Shown: in pieces, positions 8,921 to 19,710 of the stretch
How the letters are laid out: every line of letters starts with the position of its first letter
Numbering within the stretch: position 1 is the stretch's first letter
IMG/VR virus record: IMGVR_UViG_3300030422_000020
DNA from: a virus
Length of the DNA stretch: 64,000 nucleotides
Strand: one strand, 5' to 3'
Program-made: the position numbers and the translations under genes
Notes under the pieces: generated by a model
Seen by the model: the letters and a program-made list of their open reading frames with translations, nothing else
What the model was told of the DNA's origin: nothing
Databases searched by the model: none

Positions 8921-9429
8921 CCACTTAGTACACCGTTGCCAATAAGATACATCATAAACATATCCACAGATTCTTTTACCTCAAGAGCAGGTGCAAACTT
9001 TGGGTTATGTTCAAGTATGCTCTGATAATCATATGGCTGAAGAAATTCTTCATCCAATACGTCAATTCTTAAATCTTCTGGATTGTCTTTTGGAATTATG
9101 ACGCTGAATGTTATTGTCGGATATTTATGTACGTGCTTACATAGACACCACGACCCCGTACCTAAGTCTGTGAAGCCAAGTCTATGCATTTCATCATCGG
9201 AAAGAATATGCGCTTTTACATTTGCATTCAATCCATGTTTATTAACAGGTACTTTACGAAACATGCAACGCGCCTTTCCAATTGGGCGAAAGCATTCACA
9301 TGCGTTTAAGTCTTTATCAATATCATCATACTTGACCTCACAAGGGATCGCCCAGTCATTCCAGCCAAGGTAGTGTTTACATACATTACATGTATACTTA
9401 CCTTGCATCTGTTGACCCCAGACCACCAT
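8896..9429 (-). CDS. hypothetical Cys-rich protein (177 aa)
   Basis: ORF in the array. Has CNVCKHY...CECF cysteines. No confident family assignment. Confidence 0.4.
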   Translation of the reverse strand: MVVWGQQMQGKYTCNVCKHYLGWNDWAIPCEVKYDDIDKDLNACECFRPIGKARCMFRKVPVNKHGLNANVKAHILSDDEMHRLGFTDLGTGSWCLCKHVHKYPTITFSVIIPKDNPEDLRIDVLDEEFLQPYDYQSILEHNPKFAPALEVKESVDMFMMYLIGNGVLSGWSIGDYL

Positions 9430-9940
9430 TGCGCACGGCAGTAGTATTATCGTCTAGAGTAACACCGAATGGAACAAATACGCCTTGCACAAAGCCGTCT
9501 CCTTTATTAACCCTAACGCTTTTTGTGCCGTTATTTTGTAACTTTACCATGATATGACCTTCGTTGTCAGCATCAAAATAATCGCTATCAATTACAGAAA
9601 CACTTGTAGGCATAGACAGCCCGTGTTTAAAACCTAGGCTACTACGAATAAACAACAACATAGTCCAGCCGTCATACATCTCACAGCGAATACCAGTCGG
9701 AATCTTAATGGAGTCGTTAGGCTCAAGAACAAAGCTCATAGGAGAAAAGAAATCATAACCTGCGCTCTGAGCTGTGGCACGCTTAGGAAGCTTAATACCA
9801 TTGTAGATATTGCGAAGATGCTTCTCAAGCTTGTCGTTATCAGTCTCGTCCTTTAGAGCATCAAAAGTGTCAAGCCAATCATCATGAAATCTGTTGAAAG
9901 ACACCTTAGAAAAATTTGCCATGCGCTGCATATAAATCAC
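9398..9940 (-). CDS. dut: dUTP diphosphatase (dUTPase)
   Basis: All five dUTPase motifs are present in order: SAGYDF, IPTGIRC, IRSSLGFKHGL, VIDSDYF and a Gly-rich C-terminal motif. Confidence 0.85.
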   Translation of the reverse strand: MIYMQRMANFSKVSFNRFHDDWLDTFDALKDETDNDKLEKHLRNIYNGIKLPKRATAQSAGYDFFSPMSFVLEPNDSIKIPTGIRCEMYDGWTMLLFIRSSLGFKHGLSMPTSVSVIDSDYFDADNEGHIMVKLQNNGTKSVRVNKGDGFVQGVFVPFGVTLDDNTTAVRNGGLGSTDAR

Positions 9941-9964
9941 CTTTCTTTGTTATCGCATATAACG

Positions 9965-10534
9965 TTAATTATTATACAATACAATCTTATTTGTTGCTAT
10001 AGTTTTTTGAACATTTATTACACGCTGATTTGAACTTCCACACCACTTTAAAGATATGTCGTTAAGCTCGTCAACGTATCTGCCATCGACAACTACATCA
10101 CACATAGAGACAATATTCTTTCGAGCTGTTTTAATTTTGACAGTCTTAAAGAAGTCCAATGGGTTTAAATCATTTAACATGGTTGGTTTAAAGATTTGCT
10201 CCCACGTAAATCCAGTATACAACCAGATTTTCTTATCTGGAAACTTGGCTTTAATATCTTTAATGAGAGAAAGAACATCATATACATTCTCAGGCTCAAG
10301 TGGTTCTCCACCAAGGATGGTTACTCTGGCAACAAACGGCTGCGCAACAAGCTTAAGAAACTCTTCTTTAGTCTGCTTAGTCCATTCTTTGCCACCAGTA
10401 AATCCCCATGTTTCACTGTTAAAACAGTTCTTACAATGGGCGCGGCACCCTTGTACAAAAAGAGAAACGCCGATGCCGCTGCCATTCGAAATATCCATTT
10501 TACGAATTAAAGAGTATCTTATCTTAATCACCAT
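9965..10534 (-). CDS. nrdG: anaerobic ribonucleotide reductase activating protein (radical SAM)
   Basis: DISNGSGIGVSLFVQGCRAHCKNCFNSETW (CxxxCxxC) and VVDGRYVDELNDISLKWCGSSNQ closely parallel E. coli NrdG (VDGKFVQDLKDPSLIWRGSSNQ). Confidence 0.85.
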   Translation of the reverse strand: MVIKIRYSLIRKMDISNGSGIGVSLFVQGCRAHCKNCFNSETWGFTGGKEWTKQTKEEFLKLVAQPFVARVTILGGEPLEPENVYDVLSLIKDIKAKFPDKKIWLYTGFTWEQIFKPTMLNDLNPLDFFKTVKIKTARKNIVSMCDVVVDGRYVDELNDISLKWCGSSNQRVINVQKTIATNKIVLYNN

Positions 10535-10618
10535 CTTCCACTGGCATATCGTCTACATGAAGAACGCGCTCTTTAATTTCCTGAGTTCTGCCAGCGTTCC
10601 AAAAGTTACTTCCAATGT
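10524..10618 (-). CDS. nrdD: nrdD exon 2: last 31 codons plus stop, overlapping the nrdG start by 11 nt
   Basis: After the intron's terminal G, exon 2 begins AC|ATT GGA AGT AAC TTT TGG AAC GCT GGC... Joined to exon 1 (..TGT GGA T) this gives ..RRTCG-YIGSNFWNAGRTQEIKERVLHVDDMPVEDGD*. Compare E. coli NrdD RRVCG-YLGSPDARPFNAGKQEEVKRRVKH. Confidence 0.75.
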
Positions 10619-10883
10619 CCTTACTACCCTCGGTTTCCCGATATTTATTAGGGGAGTAGACTATACAATCTAATCGTTATAATGATTAGTCGGTATTATA
10701 GTCGTTGAAGGTTTCTCCTATTTAGGAGACTTCCCTGCGTTTGATTACCCAATTCTTAACGATGTTACCATACCAAGTCCGTTACTACTCGCCGCAATTA
10801 TATTACTATAATTGTTTGGTTGTTAAGACTCTAAGGGCTTCCCCGCAATTTAACCGATTTAACGTGGACTACATTTTACTTCA
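10619..10883 (-). ncRNA. group I self-splicing intron (265 nt, no ORF) interrupting nrdD
   Basis: P1: exon GUGGAU pairs with intron GUCCAC, with the U.G wobble at the 5' splice site. P10: intron AAUGU immediately 5' of the P1 guide pairs with the exon-2 start ACAUU. Core elements occur in canonical order: P (AAAUUGCGGGGAAGCCC), Q (AAUCAAACGCAGGGAAG), R (CUUCAACGACUAUAA) and S (AGAUUGUAUAGUCUAC). P7 is GACUA/UAGUC. The intron ends in G (..GUAGUAAGG). Confidence 0.8.
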
Positions 10884-13065
10884 ATCCACATGTTCTGCGT
10901 GCCACGCTCATTTTATCATGGTCACGGTTGCCGCAGTTGGGGCATTCCCAAACAAGCTCGCCAGTATCCTTATCCTCTACAATAAGGATCTCCTTGTCCC
11001 AACCGCATACCATGCAATAATCGCTCTTTGTATTCAGCTCAGCATACATAATATTGTCATAGATAAACTGAATAATCTGAATCACTGCATCGATATTGTT
11101 TGTTAGATTTGGCACCTCAACATAGCTAATGGCACCGCCCTGAGAAAGCTTCTGGAACTTAGACTCGATAGCAAGCTTGCTAAACGCATCAATGTGTTCG
11201 GTGACATTAACATGATAAGAGTTAGTAATATAATCCTTATCAGTAATGCCCTCGATTACACCAAAGCGCTTCTTCAAACACTTGGCAAACTTGTATGTGG
11301 TAGATTCAATTGGGCTACCATACGGACTGTAATCAATGTTTTCTGCTTCCTTCCATTGATTGCATTTGTCGGTAAGTGCCTGCATTACCTCAAGTCCAAA
11401 CTTCTCACCAATATCACCGTCTGTATGGCTATGACCAGTCATATATTTTACGCACTCATAAAGACCAGCATATCCAAGTGAAATTGTTGAGTATCCGTTG
11501 CAAAGAAGCTTATCAATCTTCTCACCCTTATCCAAGCGAGCGAAAGCGCCATGTTGCCAAAGGATAGGTGCTACATCAGATGGAGTACCCATGAGCCTAT
11601 TGTGACGCGCCTGTAGTGCCTTGTGGCAAAGTTCAGTGCGCTCATCAAAAAGCTTCCAGAAGTTATCAAAGTCGCCGCCAGACGATAGCGCAACATCAGG
11701 AAGGTTGATTGTCACAACACCTTGATTGAAGCGACCATAATACTTTGGTTTGCCGTCATAGTTCTTAGCCTTTGCAATGTTATCATATCCATTACCACTG
11801 CGGTCTGGGGTAAGGAAGCTTCGGCATCCCATGCAAGGATAGCAATCGCCATTGCCAACCTTTTCGCCTTTAGATAGCTTATATTCCTTCATCATCTTCT
11901 CAGAGATATAATCAGGAACCATACGCTTCGCAGTACACTTGGCGGCAAGCTTGGTGAGATAGAAATACTTATCGCCCTCATGTACGTTATCATCCTCAAG
12001 GACATAAAGCAGCTTCGGGAATGCAGGTGTTACCCATACACCCTTCTCATTCTTAACCCCCTGAATGCGCTGATTAAGAACCTCTTCGATGATTAGGGCA
12101 AGATCGTTCTTGGTCTGCTCATCTTTTGCTTCATTGAGATACATGTTCACGGAAAGGAACGGAGCCTGCCCATTGGTAGTCATAAGCGTTACGACCTGAT
12201 ACTGAATAGTCTGAACGCCACGCCTAATCTCGTCCTTTACCATAGACTCTACAATATCATTGTAATTGACAATCTCGTCATCTGTCTTAGGCTCATGTCC
12301 GACAAACTCGACATATGTATCCATTGCTTGCTTCTTAATCTTCTGTCGGCTCACGTCAACAAAAGGAGCAAGATGTGTAAGGCTAATAGTCTGACCACCA
12401 TACTGGCTTGATGCAACCTGAGCAATAATCTGGGTGGCGATATTGCAGGCGGTGGCAAAGCTATGTGGCTTCTCAATCATGACGTTAGAGATAACAGTGC
12501 CATTCTGAAGCATGTCCTCTAGGTTGATTAGACAGCAGTTATTAAGTGCATTCTGTCCAAAATAATCCATATCATGAAAATGAATGATGCCAGCTTCATG
12601 TGCTTCAACAACATCCTCTGGCAGCAAGAAGCGCTTGGAGATATCCTCACTTACAACGCCAGCCATATAATCACGTTGAGTTGTGACAAGACTTGCGTTC
12701 TTATTTGAATTCTCGTTATTCCAATAGTCGCTTTCTCCACTTAGCAGCTCCATAATTGTTTCATCTGTTGTATTGACCTCACGAATAATCTTGCGCTTAT
12801 AACGGTACTCAACGTAGTGAGAAGCCACATCCTTGCGAGAGGTTGCCATAAGCTTATTCACAACCATGTCTTGAATATCCTCAACGGACATTTTCTCTTT
12901 CTTGATATTTGCGATTTCATTTGAAATCTTACTTGCAATCTTATTTGCGTCTTCGGTAACATCGCCATCGACTTCAATAAATGCTTTCTTAATAGCGTTT
13001 GAAATCTTGTTCTTGTCAAAAGCGTCTTCTCGTCTATTTCGCTTAATAACAAACATCATACGCAT
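10884..13065 (-). CDS. nrdD: anaerobic ribonucleoside-triphosphate reductase, exon 1 (727 codons + 1 nt)
   Basis: N-terminal ATP cone (VIKRNRREDAFDKNKISNAIKKAF). Zn ribbon CMVC-x19-CPNC. Glycyl-radical motif RRTCG sits 16 residues after the last Cys, the same spacing I recall for T4 NrdD (C564 to G580). The track ORF reads on into the intron (..CG-LK*). Confidence 0.9.
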
Positions 13066-13150
13066 TACCTCCTAATTAAAGCATATAACTTTATTTGATA
13101 CAATTAAATATTATACAGCATTTAACCACTAATATACATAAGAATATAAA

Positions 13151-13855
13151 TTAATATTCAAAAATATTTCTGTTGTATACCTTGATAGTTTTAATTGGGC
13201 CATCCCAATCTTTTGAACAGTATGACATGTCACCGTGGAACTTAATATCCTCATTTAGAGCATCTGAATCAACGATAAATTCACTCATACATCCATTGTG
13301 TTTTGTGATAATATTGTCTGAATCAGTGTCTACATCAGCCTTTTGATCGCCCAAAATACACGGGATAACAGTACCATTTTCAAGTATGATATCAAAATAC
13401 TGACCAACATCAGATGTAAAATATGTACCGATAGCTACGATATATCTGCTATCAGCCATCCTAATACCGTATTCGCCAGTCTCGGCATAATGCTGTTGTA
13501 GCCTGTGCTGTTTAGAATCGGTATTAGTTATCGTCCTATAATCCATGAAAGATTTAAAGCCGCTGTTCTCAGGAGCATCATAAGTCTCATAGCTTACATA
13601 CTTTGCAGTTAGGTCAACATCCTCATCAACAGGCTCTTCTGTCTTCTCTTTGTCTTTAACAATGGCAACATCTATATCATCAACATCTTTGCCATCATTA
13701 TTACTATGAACTGGCTGAAACACGAAATACAAAATGCTAAACAAAAGAATTACAAATATACCCAACATACCAATAGACACTAGGATATCTTTATTCTTCA
13801 ATCCAATCACCTCTTTGCATATAACATTAGGAGTTTGCAGTATATATAATACCAC
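13151..13855 (-). CDS. membrane-anchored hypothetical protein (234 aa)
   Basis: N-terminal hydrophobic segment ILVSIGMLGIFVILLFSILYFVF followed by an acidic linker. Confidence 0.4.
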   Translation of the reverse strand: MVLYILQTPNVICKEVIGLKNKDILVSIGMLGIFVILLFSILYFVFQPVHSNNDGKDVDDIDVAIVKDKEKTEEPVDEDVDLTAKYVSYETYDAPENSGFKSFMDYRTITNTDSKQHRLQQHYAETGEYGIRMADSRYIVAIGTYFTSDVGQYFDIILENGTVIPCILGDQKADVDTDSDNIITKHNGCMSEFIVDSDALNEDIKFHGDMSYCSKDWDGPIKTIKVYNRNIFEY

Positions 13856-13891
13856 AAACTCCTATTAATATTATGCAGATTTTATGTCAAT

Positions 13892-16159
13892 CTATCCTTG
13901 CATATACTCCATTGACTTCATCAATTCCTGCATGAAAGTCTGCCTTGATAGATTTGCTTTCTTTTTAACCGCCATATTGACGGCATCAATAGAGCCTAGA
14001 TGATAACAGCGATTTTTTGTACGGCTTACACCAACATAGAGTAAGTTGCTATTGAGCATAAAGATATCACTCTTTGTCGTGCAAAGGATGACATTTTTGA
14101 TGCTACTGCCCTGTGACTTGTGAATTGTCATGGCATATGCAAGTCCCACCATAGTCATATCATACTTAGAATACTTAACAATGATACCATCAAAATCAAG
14201 CACAGCATATGTAGCGCATACGTATACAATACGCGCGGTTTCGCCATTTGCAACGAACGCCGTTCCCTCTTTTTCATTTATGGTTCCATGTTCATCACAT
14301 ATTAAGGCACTATAGTTGTTTTGCTTTTGGACAACTATGTCATCATCATAGTATTGTACATCTCCAACTTTCATATGCCTTTGAGCGCCATAATTTTTAT
14401 TAATGGCTCTTTGAATCCTGTTGTTAAGCTTTACCGTGCCGTACTCTCCTATATTCTTAGCAGTAAGAACCTGAATGTCCTCCATGTGTTCGCCATTTTT
14501 CAATAGCTTTTTGTATAGCGCAACTGCATTTTTAGGAACATCTTCTTTTGCAAGGTCGATGAACACATAGTCTTTCTTTGTCCCGAACCAAGTAGCCTTG
14601 TTTTTCATACTTGCATCAAGATATGTCTTGCAGAATCGCGTATCTGTCGCAACAGTGGATACGCCACCTTCGCCATAGCGAAATACTGTAGTCAATGTCG
14701 TTGTCGGGATAGCATCGCTCTGCATAAAATCATGAAATAAATTACCACATCCAACAGAGGGTAGCTGCGCATTATCTCCAATCAGCATCAGCTTTGTGCT
14801 ATTAAAGTCGACAGCGTCAACAAGATGCGCAAACAAACTAACATCAACCATCGAACATTCATCGACTATGACAACATCGCAACAAAGCTTGCAATCTTGA
14901 TTATAAGTCCAACCGACTCGTGGATTGTAGCCAAGACCCCTATGAATAGTAGAGGCTTTTCTTCCTGTGAATCCAGATAAGACCTTAGCTGCCTTACCAG
15001 TTGGTGAAAATAGCTCATACTTCTTTCCATTGTCTTCAAGCATCTTGATAACAGCTTGCGTTGAAAAGCTCTTACCAGTACCTCCTGCGCCATTGAGAAT
15101 ACTGATGTTGTATTTGCATAAGTATTCAACAGCCATCATCTGCTCATCAGATAGCTCGAACTCACCATCCTTGCTGTACTTCTCTACGTCAAAATCCCAA
15201 ACGTTATTTGGGTTAAATATATTGTTCATAATCATATATGCAATATGTTTTTCTTTCTTAAACGTACTTGAGAGAGCGATAGACATAGTGTACTTATCAT
15301 AGTAAATAGCATCATCCTGAATGGCGTTGACGAAATGGTCTGCACAAGATGGAACCATGTCATAGCATTGCTGGCGCAAGTCCGCAAGATTCATCTTCGT
15401 GTTGCCTTCATTCTCGTTCTCTTTAAGCAAATAGATAATGCAGGCAAGACACCTATCTTTACTAGTTTTTACATCATACCCAAAATCAATAACACCCTCT
15501 TTTTGCAGATTAAGGATGATGGAATCGGCAATCTTATAGCCCACACCGCTGACGCGAGTAAGCGTAGCATATGGCGCATCCTTAAGACGCTCCATTAATA
15601 CATCAACGTCATTGTATTTATCATAGATACGCTTAATCATACTAAGTGAAATAGCGCCTTTAAACTCAGACACAATGTCAACGAGCTTAAAGTTCTCGAT
15701 AATCTTTTCTTTGATTCTTTCAAATGTCTTTTCGCCAATGCCATAGAGCTTATCGACATCTACGATATCATCCTTACCCTCCATGACGATATCGATGATA
15801 TCAGGATAGTTCTCATAAAGAACTTCTGCCTGATTCATAGTAAGAATCTCTTGTAAAAATGCCTTAACATCTGACGTTTTTGTAGGCATATCCCTACGTA
15901 CATTTACACCACGATAGCTTATGCCATATTTTGTCTGCTCTTCTGTGGCGACAACATCATATTCAATACCGATAACAAGGTCTGACAAATCACCGATAAG
16001 AGAAACGTTGTCAAACTTATTGTGTTGGATATTAGGATATGAAACATCGTCTACATCAAGAGCATAAGTTTTGAAATTAGGAGAAGAGTAGACACATTTA
16101 ACAACAGTGCCTTTAAACTCTACCTGATTGCTATCCATTGTGTCTACCCTTTCATACAT
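13892..16159 (-). CDS. RecD/Dda-like SF1 DNA helicase
   Basis: Walker A LNGAGGTGKSFST, Walker B VIVDECSMVD and motif VI TIHKSQGSS (the RecD/TraA family T-x-H-K-S-Q-G signature). Confidence 0.8.
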   Translation of the reverse strand: MYERVDTMDSNQVEFKGTVVKCVYSSPNFKTYALDVDDVSYPNIQHNKFDNVSLIGDLSDLVIGIEYDVVATEEQTKYGISYRGVNVRRDMPTKTSDVKAFLQEILTMNQAEVLYENYPDIIDIVMEGKDDIVDVDKLYGIGEKTFERIKEKIIENFKLVDIVSEFKGAISLSMIKRIYDKYNDVDVLMERLKDAPYATLTRVSGVGYKIADSIILNLQKEGVIDFGYDVKTSKDRCLACIIYLLKENENEGNTKMNLADLRQQCYDMVPSCADHFVNAIQDDAIYYDKYTMSIALSSTFKKEKHIAYMIMNNIFNPNNVWDFDVEKYSKDGEFELSDEQMMAVEYLCKYNISILNGAGGTGKSFSTQAVIKMLEDNGKKYELFSPTGKAAKVLSGFTGRKASTIHRGLGYNPRVGWTYNQDCKLCCDVVIVDECSMVDVSLFAHLVDAVDFNSTKLMLIGDNAQLPSVGCGNLFHDFMQSDAIPTTTLTTVFRYGEGGVSTVATDTRFCKTYLDASMKNKATWFGTKKDYVFIDLAKEDVPKNAVALYKKLLKNGEHMEDIQVLTAKNIGEYGTVKLNNRIQRAINKNYGAQRHMKVGDVQYYDDDIVVQKQNNYSALICDEHGTINEKEGTAFVANGETARIVYVCATYAVLDFDGIIVKYSKYDMTMVGLAYAMTIHKSQGSSIKNVILCTTKSDIFMLNSNLLYVGVSRTKNRCYHLGSIDAVNMAVKKKANLSRQTFMQELMKSMEYMQG

Positions 16160-19100
16160 TCATAGCTTTCGAGTACAATCTCGCGCTCATCTGACTTTTG
16201 CCATTCGCCATTAATCTTCTTGCTCTTGAAGTCGTATGCAAATCCCTCAATCTTCAAGATAGAATACATGCCAAATGGACTTTCTTTGAACACCTTTGAC
16301 TGCTTAATTCTACACCCTAACTCTTCACCATCACAAATTCTACGCAAAACAAGATTAGGAGTACAGGGATTCTTGTATGTCACAAAGCCAGTAACAATAT
16401 AATAATCGTCTGCCATATTAGGATTAACATAATTCACATAGCCAAGATAATCCATCTCTGCCCTTACTTGTGAAACAATATCAAGAGATTTATCCTCAAG
16501 TCGATTGCAAAGTTCATTAATTAAGCCTTGGTTATCGAGCTGTCTCCACTGTGATTTCGTCTCCTTACCAGCATACTTCTGCATCAGATAATCAGATACA
16601 CCAAGCTCCTCCATCTTCTTTTTGGCAATAATTTTTGAGTTAGCAAACTTATCATAGATATCAACAACGTCTAACAGATACTTATTCTTACCAAAGTCCG
16701 AAAAGAAATTAAGACTGATAAGAATGGTTAGCTGCCTAGAGTTAATAGAGGTCTTATCTTTAATGTCCTTAAGCAGCTCAGTAAACGAATCATACTTGTT
16801 CTTAGATAGTTCAAGTAGTTCATCTGCAATTTGACGATTACAATGCTTCACACTGGCAATACCTTTGTATACACAGTTCTCCTTCTTATCCATTGTATAA
16901 TCAGCAGTTGACTTGCCAAACTTAATTGGCTTTAACTCAATGCCGTTTCTCTTTGCATATGCAATAATCTCCAAGCACTTGGCATCGTCTTCTGCATAAA
17001 TGTTTAAAGCTGTTGTAACTGTCTCAAGCTTGTAATAACAACGTAGATAACCAACAACATAGCCAAGGAAACTATATGGTACAGCGTGGTTATGTGAAAA
17101 CAGATATGAACTAGCATCAATAATTACCTTGATGAAGTTCTCAATAAGCTTATCTGCTTCCTCTTTTTCTACTCCATACTTTTCTTTCATTGTCTTGATA
17201 AATCCTTCCTTAATCTTAGGAATAAACTTATCAGTACCAGTCTTCTTAGCAAAGCCACGGCGAACAATGTCAGCTTCTCCCATTGTATAACCACAGAAAG
17301 AGTGCAAGAACTCGATAATCTGTTCCTGATATACCAAGTATCCTAGTGTTGGAGCCAAGAACTTATTCAGCGCTTCATGTCCATTATCACGATATTCGCC
17401 AACAGAAAGCTCCTCTCGATAACTTGCACCAGCGGGTCGAATTGCGCCGTTTGCCATTGACATCAGTTCGATATATGAAAAGTCTGGGTTCTTTTCTCTA
17501 ATCTTCGCAATCGTCTCATCGCTAAACAGCTGCTTGATATAGTCACCTGCATATGAAGATTCAAACTGAAAAATCATAGTGCAATCATCCCTAATCTCAT
17601 TCCATACTTTCACATCATCAAATGAGATATTATCAGGAGTAATTCTAGGAATGCCAGCTAAATCACAGGTTTCATTGATAAGACCAACGCAATCAAGACC
17701 AAGGACATCGAGTTTAACAAACTGTAAGCCATCAAGCTCTTTCATGTTGATTTGAGAAATCATATTGTCATTTGACTTAGTGCTACAAAGACCAAACCAC
17801 TCGTCAACAGGATAAGGAGAAACAACCAGACCAGATGGATGATTGCCAATTGATACGATTGTACCTTTTACAATATCAACATATTTAAATAGCTCTGGAT
17901 ATTTATCTGTATAGTAGGTATCAATGCAATCTTTCTTTTTATCATCTTGGTAAACAGCATCGCTAATAGTCTGAGTATCCTCAACGCTCATACCAAGCGC
18001 CCTGCCAACATCTTTAATAGCACCCTTCATGGCAATAGTGTTGAATGTAACAATATCGCAGCAATACAAACCATCCTTATTGAACATATAGTCTCTTACT
18101 TTATATCTGTCTTTCTTAGACCAGTCTGTATCAATATCAGCAAGTGACACACGCTCTTTATTCATAAAACGTTCAAAGTTAAGGTTGTATTTAATTGAAT
18201 CTACCTCTGTAATACCAAGAAGATACGCAATTACACTGCCACTTACCGACCCACGAGAATATCCATACGACACACCCTGTTTTTTAAGAGCAGCCTTATA
18301 GTCCTCGTCAAGTAGCAGAAAGTCAACAGCTCCATTATGCTTATATGTATCTAGCTCATATTGAATCTTCTTCTTGTACTCATCAAAGTTTGGATATTTA
18401 TTAACCCCCCTCTTCTTAATGCCATCAACAATCTTCTTTTTTAATGTGCCTTCAGAGTCAGCATACAGCTTGGGATACTTCTTTGAATAATCAAGCTCGA
18501 ACTCTTCAATAGAATCAGCCATAACATTTGTGTTATCAATTGCCTGCATATATACATTCTCTGGTAGCGAGTTCTGAGTCTTATATGCAGCAACAAGCTC
18601 GTCATAGGTCTTGAAAGTTAAATCCCAATCATCTTCATCAGAAAAGAACACGTTCTTGGCTTTTTGAAGAATCTTTCGCCCCTCAACATGCTCGTCATTA
18701 AGGCAGTGTGTATCTGTGCCAGCAATCAGAGGAATGCCAGTTTTCGTGCTAATAACATATAACATCTTATTATATGTAATTTGATCTACACAATTATGAT
18801 GTTGAATCTCAAGATAGCATCTATCCTTATTAGTAATAAGGAATTTCATAAATCTCTTCTTTGTATTATTGCCACCCTTGTTTAATACACCGCCAAGACA
18901 AGCAGTTGTAATAATGATATTGTCCGATGTTGCGAACAGCTCTTCAAAAGTAATGCGCGGCATATAGTAGAAGTGATAATCGTCTCGATGAAATGACTTA
19001 GACACCATCTTATTAAGCTCTTTAACGCCATCATAGTTTTTAGCAATCAAGACACAGTGATAGTTATCCCTATGCTTATCTTCTGTATCGCTGTCTTCTG

Positions 19101-19326
19101 TTAGGTATGCTTCTACAGCATGAATGTATTTCATACCAGCAGATTCAATCGCTTGCTTTTTATGAACCCATTCAAAGATGCAACCATGCTCACTAAACGC
19201 CATAGCCTTCATACCAAGAGAAGCTGCATAATCCACATACTCTGTATATTTTGTAACTGAATCCACATTAGTAACACCATTACTAAGATCACTATGTAAA
19301 TGATACACACAATAGTTACCCTGCAT
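16144..19326 (-). CDS. dnaE: DnaE-type DNA polymerase III alpha subunit (family C, PHP domain N-terminus)
   Basis: N-terminal YHLHSDLSNG..D is the PHP-domain signature of DnaE/PolC. Length is 1060 aa. The frame is continuous with no intein- or intron-like break. Confidence 0.8.
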   Translation of the reverse strand: MQGNYCVYHLHSDLSNGVTNVDSVTKYTEYVDYAASLGMKAMAFSEHGCIFEWVHKKQAIESAGMKYIHAVEAYLTEDSDTEDKHRDNYHCVLIAKNYDGVKELNKMVSKSFHRDDYHFYYMPRITFEELFATSDNIIITTACLGGVLNKGGNNTKKRFMKFLITNKDRCYLEIQHHNCVDQITYNKMLYVISTKTGIPLIAGTDTHCLNDEHVEGRKILQKAKNVFFSDEDDWDLTFKTYDELVAAYKTQNSLPENVYMQAIDNTNVMADSIEEFELDYSKKYPKLYADSEGTLKKKIVDGIKKRGVNKYPNFDEYKKKIQYELDTYKHNGAVDFLLLDEDYKAALKKQGVSYGYSRGSVSGSVIAYLLGITEVDSIKYNLNFERFMNKERVSLADIDTDWSKKDRYKVRDYMFNKDGLYCCDIVTFNTIAMKGAIKDVGRALGMSVEDTQTISDAVYQDDKKKDCIDTYYTDKYPELFKYVDIVKGTIVSIGNHPSGLVVSPYPVDEWFGLCSTKSNDNMISQINMKELDGLQFVKLDVLGLDCVGLINETCDLAGIPRITPDNISFDDVKVWNEIRDDCTMIFQFESSYAGDYIKQLFSDETIAKIREKNPDFSYIELMSMANGAIRPAGASYREELSVGEYRDNGHEALNKFLAPTLGYLVYQEQIIEFLHSFCGYTMGEADIVRRGFAKKTGTDKFIPKIKEGFIKTMKEKYGVEKEEADKLIENFIKVIIDASSYLFSHNHAVPYSFLGYVVGYLRCYYKLETVTTALNIYAEDDAKCLEIIAYAKRNGIELKPIKFGKSTADYTMDKKENCVYKGIASVKHCNRQIADELLELSKNKYDSFTELLKDIKDKTSINSRQLTILISLNFFSDFGKNKYLLDVVDIYDKFANSKIIAKKKMEELGVSDYLMQKYAGKETKSQWRQLDNQGLINELCNRLEDKSLDIVSQVRAEMDYLGYVNYVNPNMADDYYIVTGFVTYKNPCTPNLVLRRICDGEELGCRIKQSKVFKESPFGMYSILKIEGFAYDFKSKKINGEWQKSDEREIVLESYECMKG

Positions 19327-19413
19327 ATATGCACCCTCTCAATAAAAAAAATAGGGGAAACAAACGTCTCCCCTAAGTATAACATATATTCACTTTAATG
19401 CGCCTGTATTTTT

Positions 19414-19710
19414 TTATCGGTTTGAGATAAAAAATGCAATTGCAAACCCGATAAACATTATCAGTATGCCAGCAAAACCAGACAGCAAAATCTTAATAAT
19501 CGTTATGCCGACAATTGTTGCAGTCAAAGTGCCAGCATCAAAACACTGGCAGGCGTAAATAATAGGCTCAACTAGCATTACCCAAATGCTTACATAGAAG
19601 CCAATGATAATACTAATTGCATATACGATAGCGCCAAGCCAATCACGAATCTTATTAAACATATCCATACTATTACTCTTCATCATCATCAACAGTACGG
19701 CGCGGAACAA
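19414..19710 (-). CDS. small membrane protein (98 aa, 2-3 TM segments)
   Basis: Hydrophobic stretches AIVYAISIIIGFYVSIWVMLVEPII and ITIIKILLSGFAGILIMFIGFAIAFFI. Confidence 0.4.
   Translation of the reverse strand: MFRAVLLMMMKSNSMDMFNKIRDWLGAIVYAISIIIGFYVSIWVMLVEPIIYACQCFDAGTLTATIVGITIIKILLSGFAGILIMFIGFAIAFFISNR

Noticed and set aside
10741-11106. Plus-strand ORF (121 aa) in the nrdD/nrdG gap
   Set aside because: It lies antisense to the intron and the nrdD 3' end. It has low-complexity composition and no RBS. It is an artefact of the opposite-strand coding and intron sequence.
10876-13065. The track's 729-aa NrdD ORF ending ..RRTCGLK* taken as the genuine C-terminus
   Set aside because: A glycyl-radical enzyme ending two residues after the radical Gly, with Leu replacing the conserved aromatic, is implausible. 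The downstream 340 bp contains a complete group I core and an exon that restores a canonical C-terminus.
16220-18147. Short plus-strand ORFs inside the DnaE-like and helicase genes (16220-16402, 17947-18147, 14120-14506)
   Set aside because: They are antisense to long, motif-supported genes, and their composition is typical of antisense AT-rich frames.
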